Part shown: positions 51,936 to 61,741 of the stretch, in pieces
Numbering within the stretch: the first letter of the stretch is position 1
Layout of the letters: each line of letters begins with the position of its first letter
Assembly: GCA_023231475.1 (NCBI GenBank)
Contig: JALJEE010002461.1
Coordinates: 1 to 61,741, forward strand
Reading direction: 5' to 3'
DNA: 61,741 nt
Origin: Seison nebaliae
Taxonomy: Eukaryota
Notes under the pieces: model-generated
The model's input: the letters and a program-made list of their open reading frames with translations, nothing else
Databases searched by the model: none
Told to the model about the DNA's origin: nothing
Position numbers and translations under genes: made by a program

Positions 51936-52451
51936 TTAAGGGGTTTTTCCTCATCGGACCTCATAAAATCCAGACACATCGTCGTAAAATCTTGTCATAT
52001 CAGGAAATTTCTACTTTTTATTCCTACATTAAGAAATTCCTATATGTCGTAAAGAGAAAAACTACATGTGTCTGGATTTTATTCCCTTAATGAGTTCTAA
52101 AAATATAGAAAAATTGAAGGAAATTTGACAAAAGTTACCTTTGAAAAATGCCTTAATTTCTATTTAAAAATTAAAGTTTTAACTCAAAAAATTTTTTGGT
52201 AATAGAACTTGAATGTGGCTATCTAATGATGCCCGACTTATCAAATTTGGATAAGTAACACCTAGCGCACAGCAATTCAAAATAGTTGAATTTTTTGAAA
52301 TCGAAAAAAAAAAAAAGTCCAACTTGTATCCTAAAATTTTAATATTAATATTGAATTTTTTAAAATGATATGATATGCAGTCGAAAGAGAATTTTATGCT
52401 CTTTCGAATGAACCCTAGTTCGCTTATTTTTAATGAGGAATAACCCCTTAA
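51936..52451. mobile_element. Non-autonomous TTAA-targeting DNA transposon (MITE, Kolobok-like)
   Basis: TTAA|GGGGTTTTTCCTCAT at 51936-51954 and ATGAGGAATAACCCC|TTAA at 52433-52451 (one mismatch); internal 17-bp IR (51963-51979 / 52066-52082) and hairpin TCGAAAGAG..CTCTTTCGA (52381-52407); no ORF. Confidence 0.8.
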
Positions 52452-52707
52452 AATTGTATAGTATACAATGTATAATACACATTGTATATTATATAATATA
52501 ATATGCCATGTATATAATATAAATTATTCAATTTTTCCTCGTTGTTTCTTTGAACGACTTATTGACATTCTCGACACAATGTGAGTATTAGAATAGTTTA
52601 ACGTTTTACAAATATTAAGCTTCTGAAAAATTAGTGACATACATGTCAATAATTTGGTCTCTCTATTAACTTCGGCATTCATTGAACAAAACAACTCTAA
52701 TTGAAAA

Positions 52708-53776
52708 ATGACGGAACGTAAAGTAATTAATGTTAGTTATTTATTAGGAATTACGTTAAATAATTATTTTCTAAATCTAGAAATATTATCCACCTGATTA
52801 TGATCCTTGTCAAATACCGAGAAAGAAGAAGGAGCAGAACCTTCGGTTCATCATTCGAATCATGGCACCGTTTACCATGCGATGTAAACGATGTGGGGAA
52901 TTCATTTACAAAGGAAGAAAATTCAATGCAAGAAAAGAAGATGTTCTCGGAGAGAAATATTTGGGAATGCAAATTTATCGTTTCTATATAAGATGCACGA
53001 AATGTCTTTCAGAAATTACAGTGCGAACAGATCCAGCAAATTCCGATTATGCTCTTGAACATGGAGCAACTCGAACATTCGAAAGTTATCGTTTAGCTGT
53101 CAAACAACTGGAAGAGGAGAATCGATTAGAAAAACAAGAGATTGAAATGAATCCGATGAAGTTGTTGGAAAAGAGAACGAGAGAATCTCAAAACGAAATG
53201 GCTGCATTGGAATTATTAGAAGAATTGAAAGAATTAAATGCAAAAAATCGTCATTGTAATTTAGAAGATTTAATTAAAGAACATCAAAGAGTCTTCTCCG
53301 AATTGGATCAACAGAAATTAATTGATATAAAGAAAAAAGAGGAAGATGATATTGAAGAAGAATATGAAAAGCTTAAGAATGAGGCATTTGGAAATATAAC
53401 AAAAGTGGAAGAGAAACTGTCGAAAAACAAAGAAGATAATTGTGACATCTTACCTCAACTCATTGACGATCAATCACGAGGACTTCTTCAATCCACTATC
53501 GACTGTCTCAAAATTGGAAACGACGAAAATGTGAAAGAAAAGCAGGAGAATAGGAAAAGAAAAATAAATGAAGAAAATCAAAAGAAAATGGCATCGCTAG
53601 GAATTAAGCGAAAAGTGAAAATTCCTAAAATAATGGAGAAAGATGTTCCGAAAGAAATTGAGAAAAATGTTCAGAAAGAAATTCCTAAATTAAATTCATA
53701 TTATGATACTAAAAATGATGGAAATAAACTGGCATTACTTATCGATTACGCTTCCTGTGATTCTGATTGTGACTAA
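52708..53776 (+). CDS. YJU2: Splicing factor YJU2/CCDC94 (2 exons)
   Basis: MTERKVIN|KYYPPDYDP after removing intron 52732-52780; MAPFTMRCKRCGEFIYKGRKFNARKE...FYIRCTKC..TDPANSDY..EHGATR. Confidence 0.96.
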
Positions 53777-54313
53777 CCAATTGAAATTTCCACACAATAA
53801 AAAGATGTCAAGGAAATTATAAATATTAATTGGGACATTTTTATAATCAATAAATATAAATCATCTTTCTCTCTTTAGATATACTTATGACAGAAGGAAC
53901 ATTTTAGATTTGAATCAGTCGTGACATTCTTCATAACTCATTTGTTCACGAATAATAAATACGATCAAGAATTATTTTTAAGATTTAATATTTTCTTTAA
54001 TAAAAATAAATTTCACTTTATTCTTTCTATCGATTCTAATTGGAATATATTTGATTTTCCTTGATAATTTATTCTTCCTCTTATTCCTTTTTTACATTAG
54101 ATTTTAGAATTAGATAATTTTTAAATTTCTATTTATTTATTTTTATTAAATGAAATGAAAGAAAAAGAAATTAACTTTCAAATAAAATGTTTCTAGAGCT
54201 AAACATATAAATTCTTAAGAAGAATTATGATAGATATATGATGGACCTTATAAAATTGTTTAATTTATTAATTATTTATATTCGTAGAAAGATACAAATA
54301 ATAATAAGGAAGC

Positions 54314-54595
54314 ATGGCGGATGACGAGTCAAAAATTAGTTTCAAAATCATTCTAACTTCAGACCCGAAATTGCCATTTAAGGTTTTACGGGTTCCTGAG
54401 AATACACCGTTTACAGCTGTTTTGAAATTTGCTGCCGAAGAGTTTAAAGTACCTGCACCGACGAGTGCGATCATCACTGATGATGGAGTTGGAATCAATC
54501 CCCAACAAACTGCGGGAAGTGTCTTCTTGAAACATGGTGCCAACTTACGTCTAATTCCAAGAGATCGTGTGGGTTGTTCAGTTGAAATTATTTAA
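54314..54595 (+). CDS. UFM1: Ubiquitin-fold modifier 1
   Basis: [35 protein letters not shown]...[26 protein letters not shown] followed by a short cleavable tail. Confidence 0.99.
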   Translation: MADDESKISFKIILTSDPKLPFKVLRVPENTPFTAVLKFAAEEFKVPAPTSAIITDDGVGINPQQTAGSVFLKHGANLRLIPRDRVGCSVEII

Positions 54596-54741
54596 TTCAC
54601 TATAAATTAATTAATCAAAAATTTAATAATTTATTCCATTTTTCTCGCTTATTGCACGAGTTTATCTCATTTAATAAACTGCCAAACTTTCTTTCCAAAT
54701 TTTCTTTAGATAAAATTTTTGTTTCTTTTATTTCCACCAGA

Positions 54742-55507
54742 ATGAAATGGTCGAAAATTCCGAAATCGAATAAACAAAAAAAATTGAAATTTATTGATCC
54801 GTTTTATCGAGGCGATCGTTGTTCCAATGAAAAGAAGTTGAAATTTCTTCTTTTTTTTCTTCTTTTCCAATTTCCCAATTAGAAAATTACAAAGAAGATC
54901 ATCAAATCTTCCGATAAAGAATGAGAAGATTAATACTCTGAGTCGGAATGAAGAGAATTTTCAGAAAATATTACAAATAAAGAAATGTTGGAATAGGAAG
55001 AAGAATAATTTGTTAAAAGAAAAGAAAAATCTTTCATCGAAAGAACAAAAGAAGAATGAAAATGATGAAGATAATTTTATGATAAAGAGAAAGAACGAAA
55101 GTCTAAAGGAATACAACATTCGGACATATTATGTTGAATTTTAAAATTATTTTCTAAAATTAATTTTAATTTTTAAGTTAATCCAATCATTGAAAGAATC
55201 GAAGAAGAAGAAGAATGACGAAGAAGAGAAATCATTATTCAACGAAAAATATTTGGCGAATTTCAAACATTCAAAACAGCGAAGTCGAGTGGTAAAGAGA
55301 TTGATTGAAACGACGAAAAACGAGACGATTTCAAAAAAGAAGGATGTTGATGAGAAGAAGAAGAAAGGAAAATTATCGATATCGAATCAATTGAAGAATA
55401 TAAAAAGAGTAAAAGATTTCAATAAACATGAAGATATTTCATTCAATGACGTTGTTGATTGTCCACCGGATTTGTCCAAATGTAAATTTCTTAAAAAAAA
55501 ATCATAA
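54742..55507 (+). CDS. CCDC137-like basic nucleolar protein (3 exons)
   Basis: N-terminal KQKKLKFIDPFY, central RKNESLKEYNIR, C-terminal DISFNDVVDCPPDL; two GTTGAA introns restore the frame. Confidence 0.65.
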
Positions 55508-55569
55508 AATCATCTTCATTCATTTCTTAGATTTCTTGCTCTAAATGTTAGGAGGGATAGAGAGGAGAA

Positions 55570-56664
55570 ATGTTCATATTATCAGAGATTGAAGATGTGA
55601 TAAAAATTCATCCATGGCAATTGAGTAAAGAATCATATGGATTGTTAGTGGATGGTAAAGATAATGACGACTTCCCTCAAATAATCATCTCCTTATTGGA
55701 AGATATTTATACGAATAAAATTATTCATAATGTTGGATTGTGTTGTGCTGTTAATGAATTGATCCATATCGGGACACCCGTTATTTTACCAGCTCTCACT
55801 GCGACGACTCATGAGAATTTCGAAGGTGGAACTGTAACGATTATTACGAAATTTGATGTGGTAGTACTTCGCCCATTAATGAATGAAATTTTATATGGTT
55901 CTTTTTTTTAAATTAATTTTATTCTGTTTTCATTTCCTTTTAGGACGAGTTAAATCGTCAGAAGAGAATGGTATAAGAATCAGTTTGGATGGAATTTTCG
56001 ATGAAATCTTCATTCCTGAAAATCATTTGATGGAGCCTGCCAAATTTAATACGAACACACGTACGTGGTCGTGGTTGTATGGTGATGAAGATGATGATGA
56101 AAATGCAGATGTTCAATTAACAATCGATATCGGTCAATATTTACGGTTTGTTTTTAAGAAATTTATTATTAATTTTATAATATAATTTAAATTATTAATT
56201 TCTTTCCTTATAGTTTTCGTGTGATAAATGAGATATTTAATGAAAGTAAAAATAAAACAAAATCGTCGGATGAACCTGATCAAATAAAAAATTTTTATGA
56301 TTATTATAAAACTAAATCGGCATATATGATCATTGGATCGATCAATGAAGATGGTTTAGGACCATTGTCATGGTGGAAAGAGAGTGAAGAAGAAAAGAAA
56401 TATGATGATGAAGATGATGATGATGATGTAAGTATGGAAAGTGGTGATAATGTATCATCAAATGAATCGAATGATGAAGATGAAGATGAATTAAAAGAAA
56501 AAAGAAAAGTGGAACCAGTTGTCGAAAAAGATGATGATAATAGTTCAACACATTCAGAAGAACCAGAGAACGAGAATCTTTTGCAATTAGGTGGGGATGT
56601 TGATGGAGATAGTGAGGATAATGATGACGATGATGATGAAGATAATGAATACGATTTTTATTAA
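55570..56664 (+). CDS. POLR3H: RNA polymerase III subunit RPC8/RPC25 with an acidic C-terminal extension (3 exons)
   Basis: MFILSEIEDVIKIHPW, NKIIHNVGLC, F.VVVLRP..NEILYGRVKSS, FDEIFIP, IIGSINEDGLGPLSWW; introns 55898-55943 and ~56146-56212. Confidence 0.93.
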
Positions 56665-56717
56665 GAATAAAATTTCTCTTATTTATTTTAATATTGTTCT
56701 TTAATTAAAACTTACAA

Positions 56718-57305
56718 ATGAAAATTAATGTGAATTTCATTTATCTCAGTTTCCATTTTTTACCCATTCTAATTAGAACACATAAACCAATCGGTCCAAA
56801 TATTAGAATTTATGGAGTAATGAATTTGATGAAAGTAAAAGCAAGGAAACTCTTTAAACGAACCTGTATTTGTGACGGTGTCTGCTCTTGTGAAGATATA
56901 TTCAATTCTCCTTTACTTAAATTTAAACGTCGTTATCGTTCACTTTATTCGCGGAAACATTTGTACGATGCTTATGCTTGTTTCATTCATTCATATTTAG
57001 GTGTCCTTCCACCAAGCATCGCACGCACTTCATTCGACGGTATGTGTCACGGACTTTGTTGTCATATGAACAGATTCCGTCGATTTGCTTCCGGTACAAG
57101 ATATGCCAGTTATCGATGTCCAATTCCTGATCATCGTTACACTGGACATTTATTAGAACCGGAAAAGAATACTCCTTATTCTACTTATCAATCGATAGGA
57201 GGATGTAAGAAAAGTTTAAAAGAAATTAAACGAGAACGACAAAGACGTTTCTTATTTCCTCATGGAAACTTATTAAAATTGAAACCGGAAATCTTATTAA
57301 AATGA
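56718..57305 (+). CDS. Orphan basic Cys-containing protein; start uncertain
   Basis: 195-codon ORF with CICDGVCSC and CHGLCCH clusters; no family recognised. Confidence 0.6.
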   Translation: MKINVNFIYLSFHFLPILIRTHKPIGPNIRIYGVMNLMKVKARKLFKRTCICDGVCSCEDIFNSPLLKFKRRYRSLYSRKHLYDAYACFIHSYLGVLPPSIARTSFDGMCHGLCCHMNRFRRFASGTRYASYRCPIPDHRYTGHLLEPEKNTPYSTYQSIGGCKKSLKEIKRERQRRFLFPHGNLLKLKPEILLK

Positions 57306-57384
57306 ATTTCACCTTCAAACAAAGAATATTTTGAGAATTTTTTATTTTAATTTTTTCATCATTATATCAGTAAATACATTAATA

Positions 57385-58373
57385 ATGGAGTATTATATTA
57401 TTCATTCCTTTTCAATATTTATCATTCTCCTATTGATGATTTCAACCGAATCTTTAAATTTGACTACATATCGTATCTTCCGTCGTCGATTAGCAAATAG
57501 TTCTATAAAATATCTTTTTTCAAATTATTTAATCTTTAGGTGTCTTACATAAACATAAATCCCAATTAAACTATACATTATACCGTCCAACTGATTTCGA
57601 TAAAAGTTAAAATTTATTGAAGTTCTCGTTCTCTTCAATTATTTAATATATTTAGCATTTATGGAAGTAACTCAATTTTCCAATAGTTACATTCTTAATT
57701 GTTAACTGAATTTATCGAAATATTATTTTGAGTGTTGGGAAATGAAATGTTAAAGAATAATGGCCAAGGACGCATCCCAATCAGGAGAAAGTGGCAAACG
57801 GTTAAAGATTCGATTCCTAATCCGATTCGTAACAAAATATATCTTCGTCTCAATCCTACACCTGCAGCTCGATATCTAAAAGGTTTTAATTTTTTAGAAT
57901 ATTAAAAAAATTTTATAATTTAGGAACAATATACGAAATAAAACGTGATCCCGATATTTGTAATGACGGAGCAGTTTCAGAAATTTCTAAATTTCATGCA
58001 GTTACTCTTTTCCCATTTTTTTCTCATTCTCTACAACCGACAACAGCATACACTTATCGTTGAAGATAATGATGAGTCACCAGATATGCCTTTTAAAGAT
58101 ATTTATCGTTTTCCCGATGAATTATATCCTAGACATTGCTTCCGATATTATCCTTCTTCTGCTATGAATCACTTGATCTTATACAAACCATATGAAGAAG
58201 ATATATCAGAGCAAAAAAATATTGATAAATTATTATCAGCTGGATTTGCTTGTAACTTTAAGGGGGCTTCAATGAAAAATAAAATACGGGAAAACATGAA
58301 AGTTGTCGATAAAGAAATGGCATTATATTGGTTGAGTACGGTGCAAATGAAGAATATTGACACATTTTGTTAG
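57385..58373 (+). CDS. Orphan secreted protein (~255 aa, 6 exons)
   Basis: Signal peptide MEYYIIHSFSIFIILLLMISTES. Five short introns (GTTCTA, GTTAAA, GTTACA, GTTTTA, GTTACT donors) give one continuous frame ending ...MKNIDTFC*. Confidence 0.65.
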
Positions 58374-58631
58374 AAGAACCAGCTAACTCCTAAACTTTCT
58401 TTTAATAAACATAAAATAAAGTTTTCGTCTTTAAATTTTTTCTCCAAAGATATATAGAAATGACCTATTTTAATACTAGTTACTCAAAAGATGAATCTGA
58501 TTAATAGTCGTTCAGTTTTTTTCTTTACATTCATAAAAATGTTATGATGAAATTTATCGGACGATGTTTCCAGATGATGGTGATAAAGATCTGTTAATTA
58601 TAACCATATCCCAATTTTGGTATGTGGTGAT

Positions 58632-58840
58632 TTCGCCACCCTTTTTTTTTCCACTCTCATTTGGACTGTTCGCCACCCTAATAATGAACAGTTCGCCACC
58701 CTAATAATGAACAGTTCGCCACCCTACTTATGTACTTTTGGTGTTTTCGCCACCCTTTTGTACAAATTTATATCTATTTTCAGCGTCTTCGCCACCCTTT
58801 TATACGTATTTGTATGTATTTTTGGCGTTTTCGCCACCCT
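58632..58840 (+). repeat. Seven copies of the 11-bp motif TTCGCCACCCT with variable spacers
   Basis: Copies start at 58632, 58669, 58692, 58715, 58746, 58788, 58830 (periods 37, 23, 23, 31, 42, 42). Confidence 0.9.
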
Positions 58841-59121
58841 TATATACAAATCATATCTGCATATAACTGTTCATTGAACAGTTTGTTTTTTGTCATTGAA
58901 CCACCTTTGTCGAACCAAAGTTTCACTAGCCTTTTGTCAATTATTGGTGAATTAGGTGAACACCGAGATTCCCCAATTTTCTTTAAAAGCGAAAAAAATA
59001 ATTTAATTTACTATTTCGGTGTTCATTCGATATATGTTATTATTCAATGGACGTTTCCAATCACTAAATATGGGGAAACAATAAAAATTTCAAATTTAAT
59101 TCGGTCAATTTCGTTATGTTT

Positions 59122-60820
59122 TTAGTTCTTTTTTTCATCTTTATAAGAAAGAAAGTCCAACAGATTGTTAGGAGAAAGCCATTCATTCTCATTTAAATTG
59201 ACGGAGGAGGGTGTCCATTCTTCACGAGAAGGTACCGAATCCTCATATATAGAGAAAGATTTTTGGAGTTCTCTTTTTTCTTTATTTGCTTCATCCAAAT
59301 TTGTTGGAATATCTATAATTGTGACATGTTCTACAAACAAGTTGATCATTAGAAAAATAAAAAACGAATTAGAAAAAACTTTCGGATGGTGATTGTTTTT
59401 CATCGAATTTGATTGTTGGCAAATATGAGACTACGGAATTTAGAAATCCATGTCTTGCACCACGACTTCGTCCATGAGTCATATCACTTCTTTGTCGACG
59501 ATGTTCGCGACCCGTTGAAGGTATAATAGTGAAACTAACAAAATGAAATTTAAAAAATTGAGAAATTTGTAAAACTTATTTAATCTCTTTTCTTCTGCAT
59601 TCACTTTCCTTTTCCTAATTCCATGCAAACCTTTCATATACTCTTTTTGGTGTTCTCGTTCATTTATCAAATCTCCAATATTATCTCGTTCGTCTAAAAT
59701 TGTAAACATTCGAATAATTTAACGAGAAATCAGAATTTCAATGGAACCTGAAAACCATAAGGTCAAATAAAACAATTCCACACGTAAACTAGGATTATAC
59801 ATCTTAAAACAGTTAATGAGTATATCAACTTGAAGAGAATCTTTAAAAAGAATGATAACATTGATGATATCGAACATTGATCGTAAGAAATTCAAATATT
59901 TCTGAGGAACATCAACCAAATAAAGTCGTTGATTTATCCATTTCGATTCCATAATCAATTCATTCAAAATGGGAAAAACATTTTCATCAGAAACGATCAA
60001 TTGGTCGAACATGGCCATCGTGAATTTCATGTGATTTTCTAACTAACAAATATTTGTAAATATTTTTATTTTTCAAAATTTCATTAATACAACTGACGTG
60101 GAAGATATTCATGAGAATTTCAATCAATATTCTGGAATGTCCATAGAATTCTCTCCAAATTGTTTGGAGCGTTTCTAAAAATTCCACTTTGTTCTCTAAA
60201 AACATATTCAAATACTAAATGTTGTGGCGAGAAACTTATATTTTTTAATTTTTCTACTTTCTTCTTCATTTCTGGAATTAGATATCGAACCTGAATGAAA
60301 ACCGTAAATTGAGTGAGTAAATTTGAAAATCGAACTTTAATTTCGTTCATATAATCGTAAGATGTATGTTCTTCATAATTCGCATTTATTTCTTGAATAC
60401 TAAAATCAATACCAATTTCTCATCGTTCTGACATTAATTAAACTTCAATCTCATTCTTAGCTATAAAATTTATGATTTCTTTTCATTAGCAAATTATCGA
60501 TCAAATTTTAAAATAAATCATCAAATTTTACTTTCATGTATTCAAATGATTCTGAAATCAAAAATAAAGGAAATTTAAATAAAAGAAAATTTATGAGCAA
60601 TATGAAATTATCGTCAGCGAATTTCTTTAAAAATTTAGAACTAGATAAATATGCTAAACTTACTTAAAAACGGAATAAATTGACGGTCCATGTATATTGT
60701 GTTGGAAATAATCGGCGAAGAAAGTAGTTAATCTAATGAATAAGAAGAACTAATAACTGGAAAAGGAGTTCTAATAGAAAACTTTACTGTATCAAAAATA
60801 AATTCGAAATTGTTCGACAT
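59122..60820 (-). CDS. Multi-exon gene with a cullin N-terminal-repeat-like (CACUL1-like) segment; 5' exons uncertain
   Basis: At least 8 short GTT introns link the small ORFs in frame. EFLETLQTIWREFYGHSRILIEILMNIF...MAMFDQLIV resembles cullin-repeat FL..L...W......I..I.M...gl..F...iv. Candidate ATG at 60820. Confidence 0.5.
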
Positions 60821-60892
60821 CTACGATGGAATAAAATAAAGGAATTCGTAAAGTTAAGAAAGAAATTTAATCAATAAAATTGATATTATTAC

Positions 60893-61357
60893 TTATGATT
60901 TCTTTATTCCTATGACACCACAGGCCAATCGAGCACCAGCATTTCCCGTAATTTTCGATTGTTCATGACCTCCTTGACCTAAATCATCTTCATCTGCATG
61001 AATGACCATGGTACGTCCGATAATGGAATATGGACCGGTCAAAGAAATTTTCCCATCGGTAATCTCAAATTTGGTGATCGTATCACCAACTGATCGAACA
61101 TTGCCCAAATCGCCGACATGTCTAACTTGGTCGGTTGGTGCACCATGGTCCATTTGAGTGGGATTGAAATGACCACCTGCTGATGTACAACCATTAGTAT
61201 TGTCACCGAATTCGTGAACATGAAAGCCGTGAAGACCTTCACTTAATCCAACAAATTCAGCGGTAACCACAACCGGACCATCCGGTTTGATTTGTCTGAA
61301 ATGAACACTCCCCTTCACATGCGAATCTCCTGACAACACACAAATTGCTTCTGCCAT
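60893..61357 (-). CDS. SOD1: Cu/Zn superoxide dismutase (cytosolic)
   Basis: [63 protein letters not shown]; probable 48-nt 5'UTR intron 61421-61374 (GTAAGT..TAG). Confidence 0.99.
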   Translation of the reverse strand: MAEAICVLSGDSHVKGSVHFRQIKPDGPVVVTAEFVGLSEGLHGFHVHEFGDNTNGCTSAGGHFNPTQMDHGAPTDQVRHVGDLGNVRSVGDTITKFEITDGKISLTGPYSIIGRTMVIHADEDDLGQGGHEQSKITGNAGARLACGVIGIKKS

Positions 61358-61741
61358 ATATTTTCGAAAAGACCTAAAATGACAATGTGAAATTTCGTTA
61401 AGAGGATAGTAAGAGACTTACTATTTAAATTTAATTTTTGAAAATTTGATTCTCAAACTTCTTTAAACACTTCAATTTTCATCTTAAGCCGTTCAGTTCA
61501 ATTAAACATGTTAATGGATTGAAGGTGTTTGTAAACAAATTGCACAATTTCAACAGTCATCATTTAATAGTTCAGTTAGTTAATCCATAGATTTAATGTT
61601 ATGAAGTGGTTGGGCTCAGGATTTATTTAATTCAATTATAAAATAAAAAGATAATAAATGAAGTCAAGACGGAGTATCTTGACTAGCAATGGAAAGTAAT
61701 TGACGAGAGTCGGAAACGTAGTTTGGCGGAAGTAAGACACG

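Noticed and set aside
58632..58840. CRISPR array
   Set aside because: The repeat is only 11 bp, spacers are unequal in length and related or identical to each other, the context is eukaryotic, and there are no cas genes.
1..61741. tRNA, rRNA or prokaryotic/phage genes
   Set aside because: None recognisable by eye; a covariance-model search would be needed to exclude small ncRNAs.

Overview
AT-rich, gene-dense eukaryotic (animal) DNA read in the standard genetic code, with mostly 40-55 nt spliceosomal introns. About 24 protein genes can be reconstructed by hand: a GDS-motif PC-esterase/NXPE-like gene (partial), two orphan ORFs, TIPRL, cytosolic SerRS, a ~12 kb 13-exon polycystin-1-like gene, TRAPPC9, MBTPS1, a sushi protein, a two-DBD nuclear receptor, two Cys/Pro-rich proteins, a WASP-like WH1 protein, reticulon, SEH1, an acylated EF-hand protein, YJU2, UFM1, CCDC137-like, POLR3H, two more orphans, a cullin-N-terminal-like gene and SOD1. 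Repeats include a TTAA-flanked non-autonomous DNA transposon, a decayed LINE fragment, an inverted-repeat pair bracketing ~6.9 kb, and a 7-copy 11-bp motif array. The most striking signals are: (i) about 9 in 10 reconstructed introns start GTT rather than GTA/GTG, with no conserved +5G; (ii) co-directional genes only 53-146 nt apart, with donor-less splice acceptors just before ATGs (operon/trans-splicing-like), including a 72-nt GT...AG spacer running exactly from the SOD1 stop to the next ATG; (iii) a divergent 2DBD nuclear receptor; (iv) intracellular-looking Cys/Pro proteins. The host looks like a compact-genome invertebrate, possibly spiralian (e.g. a rotifer relative); this is inference only. 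All exon structures and counts are manual and need RNA-seq confirmation.
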